Below, one piece after another: positions 30,755 through 39,530 of a stretch of DNA of 64,000 bases (position 1 is its first letter; every line of letters starts with the position of its first letter). Where the stretch lies: the IMG/VR virus record IMGVR_UViG_3300042261_002385, positions 124,001-188,000 of that record; one strand, 5' to 3'. The translations under genes and the position numbers were made by a program. The notes under the pieces were generated by a model. It saw nothing but the letters and a program-made list of their open reading frames with translations, was not told the DNA's origin and made no database searches.

Positions 30755-30967
30755 ATGCAGTTTATTGTAGAATTTAAGTCTTTTTATAAAGTAGGTGATG
30801 TAGTCAAAATTGAATACTGGTGGGATGATATGATCACACCTGTAAAAGTTATTGAACAAACATCACCAAGAACAATCAAAGTTACTCATAATATTCCAGA
30901 ATCTAAAATTCAAAATGCTCCTGATGAAATCATTAGCACTTCAGATATTATAGATATTGCTAGATAA
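30755..30967 (+). CDS. Small SH3-like hypothetical protein
   Basis: YKVGDVVKIEYW; TTTAATATATA at 30738-30748; N-term MQFIVEFKSF. Confidence 0.55.
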   Translation: MQFIVEFKSFYKVGDVVKIEYWWDDMITPVKVIEQTSPRTIKVTHNIPESKIQNAPDEIISTSDIIDIAR

Positions 30968-32159
30968 TCTCACCTTTTCCATCTTCATACATTTTATCTA
31001 AAAGATAATCATAGAAGAATTTATCATATTCAAGATTCATATCTAAATATTGTTCTTTAATTATTTGTAACTCCCAATATTCTAAATTAGAATCGGTGAA
31101 CTTACTCATAATCCAATCATACTTAGGATCTTTATTCGAAACCGAATCAATGTTTATAATATTAGAAATTGGCTTGATGTCATAAAAATCATCATATTGG
31201 TCATAAGCATATGACATATCCATTAAACCGGAACCACTGTCGTAATATTTTTTACCACTTCTTCGATTTCTCTTCTTCTTTTTACCTCTGTTTGAGTAAA
31301 TTTCAGACATACTATCACCATATCCGACACTATCATCATATTGACCATAGTCATATGTTTCATATCCATAATCTTTACGACCGTAGGTAGGGTAAGAATA
31401 ATCTTTCCATTCGTGAACCTCAGGATTACGTTTTGTAGGAAGACTTTCCCAATTAACTTTTACACAAGCTTCAGCCAAATCTGTTAAGTGAAGAATATCT
31501 TGAGACTCATTAGTAGTATGTTCTTTGTAATAACCAACAGAAACATTAGTACACTCTGGAATTAAGTGAGTAAACTCAGCAGAGTCGGTATAAACACCAC
31601 CTGTATCTTTTTTATAAGACAAACTACGAGTCTGATTTAATTCTTGACACAGTGCGTCAGCGAAATCATCAGAACAACAACGAGAAGAAGATTGATAAGT
31701 AATAATAGAAGATACATCACGTCGGTCAAAAGAAATGATGCGGTCATAATTTCCTTTGAAGAATCCGAATTTAGCGGCATTTCCCGAACCAATACATCCA
31801 ACTTCCTCACCAATGAAGAAATAGTAAAGACCTGGAACTTCATTTTTAATCATCCAAAGAAGAACTGTGATACCAGCTTTGTCGTCAGCTCCTAAAGTAG
31901 TTTTACCATCAGTTTTGATTAAATTCTGGTCAAAAACGTGAGTTACTGTGACATAGTCTTTTGATACCGTATCTAGGTGAGCTGCGAAAATTGAACGACT
32001 TTCACCAATTTTATAAAAGTAGTTTCCCCACTCGTCTTTTTGCATACCTTTTGGAAACAACTCTCTCATTGATGCTACGAGTTGGTCCTCGTGTCCATAA
32101 GGAACTGTTTTAGAGGTTAATCTTAAAAATGTTTCAAATACAAATTCTTCTACTTTCAT
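30960..32159 (-). CDS. M20/M28/M42-clan zinc peptidase
   Basis: AHLDTV, LGADDKAG, GEEVGCIGS, ISFDR, YTDSAEF, NVSVGYYKEHT; Tyr/Asp/Gly-rich C-terminal half. Confidence 0.8.
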   Translation of the reverse strand: MKVEEFVFETFLRLTSKTVPYGHEDQLVASMRELFPKGMQKDEWGNYFYKIGESRSIFAAHLDTVSKDYVTVTHVFDQNLIKTDGKTTLGADDKAGITVLLWMIKNEVPGLYYFFIGEEVGCIGSGNAAKFGFFKGNYDRIISFDRRDVSSIITYQSSSRCCSDDFADALCQELNQTRSLSYKKDTGGVYTDSAEFTHLIPECTNVSVGYYKEHTTNESQDILHLTDLAEACVKVNWESLPTKRNPEVHEWKDYSYPTYGRKDYGYETYDYGQYDDSVGYGDSMSEIYSNRGKKKKRNRRSGKKYYDSGSGLMDMSYAYDQYDDFYDIKPISNIINIDSVSNKDPKYDWIMSKFTDSNLEYWELQIIKEQYLDMNLEYDKFFYDYLLDKMYEDGKGEII

Positions 32160-32163
32160 ACTA

Positions 32164-32195
32164 CAAAGATACGGAACTTATTAACAAAATACAAA
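32164..32195 (-). promoter_or_regulatory. Bacteroidota-type primary-sigma promoter
   Basis: TTTG-N20-TATCTTTG, ending 4 nt before the peptidase ATG. Confidence 0.7.
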
Positions 32196-32361
32196 TATTC
32201 CTCTATAAATATCATTGTTTATAAGAAAAATACTCAAACAAACAAAATATTTTTTGATATATAACATTAGCTGTTCGCTAACTTATGTCGGGTATCAAAA
32301 GGATACCTTTGAGATTTAGAAATGAATCAAAGATATAGGTCTAAAAATAAAATGAATAACT

Positions 32362-33294
32362 ATGGCAAAACAAATTGCAAGTAGCAATTCCAAGCCAGGA
32401 GCTTGGATTGTATCTCCTAAAGATAGGGGAAGAAAACAAATCAAAAGTGGAAAAGTCTTCTTAAAAGACGGAGACGAATTCGAAATCGAATTATTTAACT
32501 CACTAACCGTTTCAGTTCTGTCTGATATAAAATTAAACGGTCAATCAATCTCAAAAACAGGATTAGTCATAAAACCAGGTCAACGTGTTTACTTAGACTG
32601 CTTTATTGATGATAGAAAAAAATTCAAATTTTCAACATACGAAATTGAAAACTCTGGAGAAGCATTAGATGCTACTCAGAACAATGGTGTATTAGAAGTT
32701 TTCTTTTATAAAGAAGATGTTATTACTTTAGATAACTGGCAAAGAAAGTTTGATAGAGTGATAGTTGAAAAATACTACCCTTATAATCCTTACCCGTGGT
32801 ATAATCCATATAGAGTCTATTGTGGTTCAGGAACAATTAGTGGTGGAACAGTAGTGACTACAAACGGTAATCCTTTTAATATTAATGCTTCTAGTGGTCT
32901 AATTGGTGAAACAACAACTGCTTATAACTCATCAAATAATATAAATTGTAGTTATACTTCTCAAGTTGATTTATCTAATTTAAATGTTGCTGGTTCTCTT
33001 TCAACAAACTCTATTGAAACAGGTAGAGTTGAAAAAGGTGAAAAATCAAAACAACAATTCACTGAGGTAGATATGGAATTTGAGAAACATTATATTGCTT
33101 CTACTATTATACAAATTCTTCCAGAAAGTAGAAAACCAGCTGAAGTAAAGCAAATGAAAACTAAACAAAGTCAGTTACTTTCTTCAGATGAAGTGATTAA
33201 TCTTATCAAAAAGTTAGGTGATTTACATTCATCAGGAATCCTAACAGATGAAGAGTTCTCAAAAAAGAAAGCAGAACTACTTTCTAAAATCTAA
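32362..33294 (+). CDS. Hypothetical protein with C-terminal SHOCT domain
   Basis: C-term INLIKKLGDLHSSGILTDEEFSKKKAELL fits SHOCT; N-terminal beta-sandwich-like region of unknown function. Confidence 0.65.
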   Translation: MAKQIASSNSKPGAWIVSPKDRGRKQIKSGKVFLKDGDEFEIELFNSLTVSVLSDIKLNGQSISKTGLVIKPGQRVYLDCFIDDRKKFKFSTYEIENSGEALDATQNNGVLEVFFYKEDVITLDNWQRKFDRVIVEKYYPYNPYPWYNPYRVYCGSGTISGGTVVTTNGNPFNINASSGLIGETTTAYNSSNNINCSYTSQVDLSNLNVAGSLSTNSIETGRVEKGEKSKQQFTEVDMEFEKHYIASTIIQILPESRKPAEVKQMKTKQSQLLSSDEVINLIKKLGDLHSSGILTDEEFSKKKAELLSKI

Positions 33295-33321
33295 AACTAA
33301 ATAAACGAACAGCTATAAATG

Positions 33322-33349
33322 AAAAGAGAGACTTAGGTCTCTCTTTTTT
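33322..33349. terminator. Intrinsic terminator, probably bidirectional
   Basis: aaaagagagac-ttag-gtctctctttt between convergent genes. Confidence 0.8.
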
Positions 33350-34213
33350 TTAGAAATGTTTTTTGACTTCCGATGAAACCTCATCAATAGTCATTTGACC
33401 ACCTGATTTATTTCTTGTATTTACAACAACATCATAATTTCCTTCAGGTTGAGGTTTAGTATAAATCCAATACTCTTTTTCATCTTCTTTTATACCTAAT
33501 TTATTTAAGAATTCATCAACCCAAGATTGATCTGTAAATAACTCTTTTACAGAATTTTTATTCCATGATTTTTCACTATCTACACCACCCTTCTCAGGTT
33601 TTGCCTCATACTTAAAACAATAAGCACCAACAAAAACTCCTTTAGGATCTCTAGCATCAGTTCCTTTTCTTCTTTCTATATTCAAAATTAAATGATCAAT
33701 TGGAGCATGTACTAAAATCCATTTTGGTTTTGATAGTCCTGATTTAGTAGCGCACTCTAATATTGTTCCTTGAACATCATCATATATTACATTTTTTTGT
33801 TGATTAGTTCTTCCAAATGTTCCATTTTTATCTTTAAGACCTATTTTTGATATTTTACCACTTTTTGCTTCTTGTGCCATAAACCATCTAGCCGCTTTTT
33901 CAAAATCATCAGTACCGGGACTTGTTTTATAAGGACATCCAGGATATATTTCAGATAACTTAGGTTTATCTTCATTACCAAAATTTTCCATTCCCGCCTC
34001 CTCATACATCAAATTATAAAATGAGTCTACGGCTAGAACACACCAATCAGGTGATAGATTTTTAAGAGCTGCACTTTTACCAGAACTAGAAGTTCCATCT
34101 AAAAGTATTTGTTTTGATGGATTTGATAATTCTTCAATGCTTGATTGTTTGACATCAATCCCCGGAAGTGATTCACCTTCCATAAAATTTTCGTATAACT
34201 TTAAGTATTTCAT
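33350..34213 (-). CDS. P-loop kinase (chloramphenicol-phosphotransferase-like) with CTS-like N-terminus
   Basis: ILLDGTSSSGKSA Walker A, LAVDSFY, IYDDV; starts MKYLKLYENFME. Confidence 0.65.
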   Translation of the reverse strand: MKYLKLYENFMEGESLPGIDVKQSSIEELSNPSKQILLDGTSSSGKSAALKNLSPDWCVLAVDSFYNLMYEEAGMENFGNEDKPKLSEIYPGCPYKTSPGTDDFEKAARWFMAQEAKSGKISKIGLKDKNGTFGRTNQQKNVIYDDVQGTILECATKSGLSKPKWILVHAPIDHLILNIERRKGTDARDPKGVFVGAYCFKYEAKPEKGGVDSEKSWNKNSVKELFTDQSWVDEFLNKLGIKEDEKEYWIYTKPQPEGNYDVVVNTRNKSGGQMTIDEVSSEVKKHF

Positions 34214-34215
34214 AA

Positions 34216-34233
34216 TTTTAATATATATTAAAA
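34216..34233. promoter_or_regulatory. Palindromic bidirectional late-type promoter
   Basis: Perfect 18-bp palindrome ttttaatatatattaaaa in the 21-bp gap between two divergent start codons. Confidence 0.7.
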
Positions 34234-34234
34234 G

Positions 34235-35596
34235 ATGAAACTTAAAAGATATTTACAATTTATAAAAGAATCTCTTAAAGAAGATTTAGAGTCAGGTAAA
34301 ATCTGGGAATTAGATGAAGACCAGATTCGTGAATATCTAATAGAATTAGATGATGCTGGATATTTAATCACTGTAGGTTTTGGATTTGTAAAAAGAGAAA
34401 CTATACATCGTTACCATAGACCTTCAGTAGAAAAAGATTTTTATACTGAAAAAATGCTTGCTGGTGAAGAAATTAGACCAGCTTACAATATAGTAATAGA
34501 AAAATCAAGTGATTTAAGTAAAGAAGATGTGACAGACTCATTGAAGTTTGCTTGCTCAATTATAGAAGGAGAAGGTGACTGTGATGTAGAATTAATAGCT
34601 GGTGATGGTGGAGTTTTAGATATAGATGCAGTATTAGTTCAGGGTGGATTTTTTACTGATGTTGATCCAGAAGATGAAAATTCTGGTATAGAATTAGAAG
34701 GATATAATGCATCACTATCAATTTTTGCTAAACAAAAAAACACAATTAAAATCAAACCACAAGATTTAGAAGACTATTACGGATGGGATGTTTCAGTAAA
34801 AAAAGAAGGTCAGTTATGGGCTGAAATTGATTTAGAAGACTTAGCTGATTTTATCCTATCACCAAGATCCGAATACAAAGATTCTTTAGTTAAAGGACAA
34901 GAATATATGTGGGATTATTATGATATTTCAGCTTACTATCCAGATATAATTTCGCTTTTTAATTATAGTGTAGATAAAGAAAATGAAGTTTTAGTAGTCA
35001 AAGCAATAATTAAAGAATTAGGTGGATATGAACAAGCTATAAATCATATCGGAGATGAATGTGATAATCAAATTTATGAAGAGGTTAAAGATATGACAGA
35101 AGAAGAACTTATTGAATATCTGCTATCAGAAAGGTTTTATAAAACTATCAAACAATTAGCAAGTCATTCAATGGTCCTACAAGAAATCAGGGACACAATA
35201 GCTAACTGGGAGATGTCAGCTCATTGTGACGAAAATTATGACCAAATAGTAAGTAATTTTGATGGTATAGTTAATGATGAATTAGGTCAATATGAAAAAG
35301 TAGTGAAAGAAGTCACTAAATATTACAACTCAAAAGACGCTGAAGGAAATCAAGTAAGAAGAGAGTATAAAGATAATGTTACTTATTATCAATTTCCATA
35401 TAGTAATGATTGGATTTCGGAAACGGATTCTGAATATTTATACAATAAAGAATTAGATGACCTTTTTAGAGACTTTGTTAGAGAATCAGATATTGATAGA
35501 ACTTTAAATCCAAGAATTTCTGACTACGGTGATGTCAATAAAGAAGAAATGAATAAAGATATTAAAGCTTACTTAACTAGATACTTATCTGAATAG
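34235..35596 (+). CDS. Acidic putative internal head protein (CTS-like)
   Basis: Starts MKLKRYLQFIKES; 453 aa. Confidence 0.6.
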   Translation: MKLKRYLQFIKESLKEDLESGKIWELDEDQIREYLIELDDAGYLITVGFGFVKRETIHRYHRPSVEKDFYTEKMLAGEEIRPAYNIVIEKSSDLSKEDVTDSLKFACSIIEGEGDCDVELIAGDGGVLDIDAVLVQGGFFTDVDPEDENSGIELEGYNASLSIFAKQKNTIKIKPQDLEDYYGWDVSVKKEGQLWAEIDLEDLADFILSPRSEYKDSLVKGQEYMWDYYDISAYYPDIISLFNYSVDKENEVLVVKAIIKELGGYEQAINHIGDECDNQIYEEVKDMTEEELIEYLLSERFYKTIKQLASHSMVLQEIRDTIANWEMSAHCDENYDQIVSNFDGIVNDELGQYEKVVKEVTKYYNSKDAEGNQVRREYKDNVTYYQFPYSNDWISETDSEYLYNKELDDLFRDFVRESDIDRTLNPRISDYGDVNKEEMNKDIKAYLTRYLSE

Positions 35597-36166
35597 TTAC
35601 ATATTCAAATATTCCTTTAATTTCATTAACATATAGTCTGTAATTAAATCAGATGAGTTTACTGAATTAATGAACTTAATATCTACTTTGACGGATTTAC
35701 TAATCTTCTCTTCTTCAGAACCATCCCCTTTCGGTATTACTTCGTGGTAGTCTCTTTCGTTTAAAGGTAGAATAAAAGGGTGATATCTATTAGTATGACC
35801 TTTACTAATATAAAGAGGTTTATACTCTTCTTCAATTTGAAAATCCTCTCTTAAAACAATTCCAGCTTCTTCTTCTAATTCTCTTAAAAGAGCCATTTTC
35901 GGTGTCTCACCTGTTTCAATTCCACCACCAACAACAGTTGCATGGAATTCCTGACTATCTACATACTTAAATGTTGGAATATATTCATATCTTAAAACCA
36001 TTTGATTTGATTCAATTAAGTAAGGAATACAAACAACACAATCTTTTTCTTTAATAAGTGACCAGTCTTCATATTTGACGACCTTCATTTTATCATCTTG
36101 ATAAAGGATTTCATCATCTGGTTCAGTGAATTCGTTTTTTGGTTTAAGTTTTGAGAATTTTTCCAT
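35597..36166 (-). CDS. Nudix hydrolase
   Basis: Nudix box GGGIETGETPKMALLRELEEEAGI; ATTAATATATA at 36171-36181. Confidence 0.88.
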   Translation of the reverse strand: MEKFSKLKPKNEFTEPDDEILYQDDKMKVVKYEDWSLIKEKDCVVCIPYLIESNQMVLRYEYIPTFKYVDSQEFHATVVGGGIETGETPKMALLRELEEEAGIVLREDFQIEEEYKPLYISKGHTNRYHPFILPLNERDYHEVIPKGDGSEEEKISKSVKVDIKFINSVNSSDLITDYMLMKLKEYLNM

Positions 36167-36169
36167 AAA

Positions 36170-37366
36170 TTATATATTAATTTCTGGTTTAATAAAATTA
36201 TTGTTTTGTATACAAAGTTTAATCTTTTCAATAACCATTTCGGATGATATTTCAGTTGAACACTCATAATTTTTATTTCTTGGGCAATATGACCAACCAT
36301 TTTGACTATGATTTGGAACAGTTATATCATTCCAACAAGAATTACAAACATTAGGATTGAAGACTCTATATGGATTTGAAAACTCACTGTTTGGATTTGA
36401 AAAACCTGAAATCATAACAACTGGTTTATTGAGAGCCCAAGCTAACCATGAAAGACCAGAACCAAGACCAATAAAAAAATCACAATGAATTAAGTCCGTA
36501 ATTCTTTCTTGTAATGGAAAATCACCAGTTTTATTAACAACTCTATTGGGTGCTGAGTTGACAATTCCATCTTTTCCGAAATTGTCATTTTTATCTATAC
36601 ACAAAACATCATAACCTATTGATACTAAATAGTCAACAACTTCTTGCCAACCAGTTTTATTGTTCCAATATTTATACTGTGCCGTGCTTTGAACTCCAAT
36701 ACAAACATATGGTTTTTGATGGAACCTATCAGTGTTCTCAACAAATATATTTGGTCTTTCTTCAACATAATCCATACCCAACATATCAGAAGCAACTTTA
36801 GAAAGAGTTACCGTTCTAAGACTTGGAATTCGAGAGTAGAAACCTAAATCAAAACTAGCATAATAACAATGACATGGTGTATAAAAACAAAAGAATTTTC
36901 TACAAGAACTATTTTTTAGACCAGGAATTATTGTATTATCACCTCTATCTGGATTTGGTTCAACATCAGTAAATGAAATATCAGTATAGACATTTTCAAA
37001 CAAGTCTTTGAATGCGCAACTAACATATAATTCACATTTATGAAGTTTTTGAAATCTATCTACTTGAGCCATCCATGCAATACAATCACCTAAAGCGTGG
37101 CTATCAAAATTCAATTTAACTTTTTTTCCTTCTAAATTCATTTCATCAGAAAAAATTAAATTATCTTCAAAATATACTTTTACTTGATATTTTGTGAATT
37201 TATAATTGATAGAGTGAGGATCGTAACTAGTCAAACTCTCATTTGTAACAACATTTAAAAGTTCAGTCTTACCATCAGTGATTATTATGTTATATGACCT
37301 CCAATTAGGACAAATGATTTGAATATGACAACCATCGCAATAACTAACTGTAATTTTTGGACTCAT
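36170..37366 (-). CDS. Autotransporter O-heptosyltransferase-like (TibC/Aah, GT9-like) glycosyltransferase
   Basis: ALGDCIAW, KPYVCIGVQSTAQYKYWNN..GWQEVVDYL, FFIGLGSGLSWLAWA, PVVMISGFS, and Cys cluster CNSCWND...CPR...EC. Confidence 0.82.
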   Translation of the reverse strand: MSPKITVSYCDGCHIQIICPNWRSYNIIITDGKTELLNVVTNESLTSYDPHSINYKFTKYQVKVYFEDNLIFSDEMNLEGKKVKLNFDSHALGDCIAWMAQVDRFQKLHKCELYVSCAFKDLFENVYTDISFTDVEPNPDRGDNTIIPGLKNSSCRKFFCFYTPCHCYYASFDLGFYSRIPSLRTVTLSKVASDMLGMDYVEERPNIFVENTDRFHQKPYVCIGVQSTAQYKYWNNKTGWQEVVDYLVSIGYDVLCIDKNDNFGKDGIVNSAPNRVVNKTGDFPLQERITDLIHCDFFIGLGSGLSWLAWALNKPVVMISGFSNPNSEFSNPYRVFNPNVCNSCWNDITVPNHSQNGWSYCPRNKNYECSTEISSEMVIEKIKLCIQNNNFIKPEINI

Positions 37367-37396
37367 TACAATTATATACTAATAAATGATACAGGT

Positions 37397-38035
37397 TTAG
37401 TATTTATAGTTCTTAGTAGATTTACGACACTTAATTTGACTTTTCACATTATTCATTTCTGAACTACCAAACTCAAGTCTAGCATTTTTTCTTTTCATTA
37501 CTAAGCCTTCAATCATATCAATTGGTGTTAGTTGATTGAAAAGATCGTAGAATCCATTAAGATAAGATTTGACTCGTAATACATTTTCAGAAACTGTGAA
37601 TAAGTAATCTTTTTCTGAATTAATTTGACCATAAAGCTGGTCTAAAAGACTGACTCTTTCTTCAAATGTTTTACCAACTAAATATTCGCCATCAAAGCAT
37701 AGAATATCAAAAATTACAAACTTATGATTGAATGGTTGACTAGTTTCATCCAATTTTGATTTATTGAGATATTCGCCATTAAGTATCATCCATCCACCAT
37801 TTCCTCTATAAAGAGACTTGACTTCTTCATCGGTCAGTCTAAAATTAGTTAGTCTTTGATTGTGACGGTTCATCACGATAAATTTAAGACCATTTGTAAA
37901 AATCAAACAGTTAGAACCATTGAGTTTTGGCTGTGCTAAAAGACTATCATTGTCCCAGAAGTTTAAATCATCCGGCGATATAGCATTTTTAGGTCGAGGA
38001 GGATAAATATAACGATAGTTTATATATTTTGGCAT
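37397..38035 (-). CDS. ATP-dependent ligase, adenylation domain only (RNA or DNA ligase)
   Basis: QPKLNGSN (motif I, Lys intact), LNGEY (III), FVIFDIL (IIIa), IEGLVMK (IV), KCRK (V); 212 aa. Confidence 0.8.
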   Translation of the reverse strand: MPKYINYRYIYPPRPKNAISPDDLNFWDNDSLLAQPKLNGSNCLIFTNGLKFIVMNRHNQRLTNFRLTDEEVKSLYRGNGGWMILNGEYLNKSKLDETSQPFNHKFVIFDILCFDGEYLVGKTFEERVSLLDQLYGQINSEKDYLFTVSENVLRVKSYLNGFYDLFNQLTPIDMIEGLVMKRKNARLEFGSSEMNNVKSQIKCRKSTKNYKY

Positions 38036-38039
38036 ATCA

Positions 38040-38071
38040 CAAAGATAGTAAATTAGGTATTAATTGACAAA
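38040..38071 (-). promoter_or_regulatory. Bacteroidota-type primary-sigma promoter
   Basis: TTTG-N20-TATCTTTG, ending 4 nt before the ligase ATG. Confidence 0.7.
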
Positions 38072-38091
38072 TTTGTAAAATAAATTTTTAG

Positions 38092-38162
38092 AGGTTGGGG
38101 ATAGAATTTCACTACCGTAATGGACTTTGCGAGTCCACGCCTAAATACTCAGCCACCCAACC
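38092..38162 (-). tRNA. trnC: tRNA-Cys(GCA), non-canonical
   Basis: GGTTGGG/CCCAACC acceptor stem, D arm GCTGAGTATTTAGGC, anticodon arm TGGAC-TCGCAAA-GTCCA, T arm GGTAG-TGAAATT-CTATC, discriminator U73; CCA not encoded. Confidence 0.8.
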
Positions 38163-38169
38163 GTGTTTA

Positions 38170-38310
38170 TTAAGAATTAATTTCCTCTTGAAGTTGATAC
38201 ATTAATTGTTGATACTGAAAATCTTGAGCCATTGATATCAAATCAGGTAGATTTTCAAAATCAATTTCAGGATTTTCTAAATAATCATTGATAACTTGAG
38301 TAGTGTCCAT
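38170..38310 (-). CDS. Small acidic hypothetical protein (46 aa, not in ORF track)
   Basis: MDTTQVINDYLENPEIDFENLPDLISMAQDFQYQQLMYQLQEEINS*; TATATTTG promoter box at 38325-38332; would be co-transcribed with the tRNA. Confidence 0.55.
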   Translation of the reverse strand: MDTTQVINDYLENPEIDFENLPDLISMAQDFQYQQLMYQLQEEINS

Positions 38311-38356
38311 TTTTTTTATTTATACAAATATACAAATAAAAATTAAAAGTCAATAA

Positions 38357-39178
38357 TCAATTAAATATATTTTGTTTAAATCTCATGGTCCCATCAGGAT
38401 TTAAGGTGCAAATAAATTGAAATTGTGTTTGATAAAATCCATCGATTTCTTTATCCGAGATGAATTTATCAGAAACGCCTTCGAAGACTGACCAATTCTG
38501 TTTACTTATTAATTCACAACTATAAGAGTCACAAACTCTTACCACTAAATATTCACTACTACCAATATTTAGATTTATTATCTGACCTGGTTCAAATTTT
38601 AGATTTGAAGTAAATGCAACTTTATATTCATTTTTAATTAAATCAAAGTAATTGAAAACTGACTTCTCTAAATATTCACTTCTGAAATAACTATTATTTA
38701 CCGGAATTAAGCAATCTGATATATTTACATATTCAGCTAAGTTAAATTCATCAAAAGATGGAATATATTTCCAATTTTTACCAGTATCATTATCATATCC
38801 AAAAAAACTTCTTAGAGAGTTTAGTAGGAAGTCATAAGTTTTTGGCGCTTTTTGTTTTAACATAGAAAGACCAGTTCCATACCCACCATCGGATAAAACT
38901 ATTTGAACACCAGAAAGTTGGTAGAATTTTATTTGTAGAATATCTTGTAATATTTTTTGTGTATTAAATTCATACTCAGTATCAGAGTAGTAAGAATCAT
39001 CAGTAATAGAGGGTCTTTTTTTAGTTCTTATACCATAGGTGTTAGAATTATTTCTTATTACAGCTTGTCCACCGGTTCCTATTCTTAAGTCATTATCACC
39101 AAAGATAAATAACTTTTCAGGAGTGGATTTTACATCATCAACTGACCAATATCCGTTAAAAATTTCAATTTCTTTCAT
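38357..39178 (-). CDS. Conserved phage protein with FIFGDN..GGQA..R motif (possibly macro-like N-domain)
   Basis: FIFGDNDLRIGTGGQAVIRNNSNTYGIRTKKRP, GYGTG; fold assignment tentative. Confidence 0.5.
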   Translation of the reverse strand: MKEIEIFNGYWSVDDVKSTPEKLFIFGDNDLRIGTGGQAVIRNNSNTYGIRTKKRPSITDDSYYSDTEYEFNTQKILQDILQIKFYQLSGVQIVLSDGGYGTGLSMLKQKAPKTYDFLLNSLRSFFGYDNDTGKNWKYIPSFDEFNLAEYVNISDCLIPVNNSYFRSEYLEKSVFNYFDLIKNEYKVAFTSNLKFEPGQIINLNIGSSEYLVVRVCDSYSCELISKQNWSVFEGVSDKFISDKEIDGFYQTQFQFICTLNPDGTMRFKQNIFN

Positions 39179-39530
39179 TTGTATTTTTGTAATTTATGTG
39201 ATCTGAAATTGTTGGTAGTTTTGTTTCTTTCCACTTATCAATTCCAAGTAAATAGTCTATTTTCTTTTGTCTGAGTGTTTGTTTATCATAAATACTCATC
39301 ATATCGATATAATTTCCAATTAATTGTCGGTCAATAGAACACCTAATGCCTCTTTTTGAAACATATTCTCTATAAACAGGTGTGTGATATTCATAGGCAT
39401 AGTATTGACCATAATCGTGGTCAAAATAATCCCCATCATCATACCAATAATAAAACCAATCATTATACTCTTGATAACTTTCTTTATAAATATCTCGAGC
39501 TAAAATGTCCCATTTATTCTTTTTCATCAA
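39165..39530 (-). CDS. Hypothetical Tyr/Asp-rich protein
   Basis: 121 aa; contains LRQKKIDYLL motif. Confidence 0.55.
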   Translation of the reverse strand: MMKKNKWDILARDIYKESYQEYNDWFYYWYDDGDYFDHDYGQYYAYEYHTPVYREYVSKRGIRCSIDRQLIGNYIDMMSIYDKQTLRQKKIDYLLGIDKWKETKLPTISDHINYKNTNERN

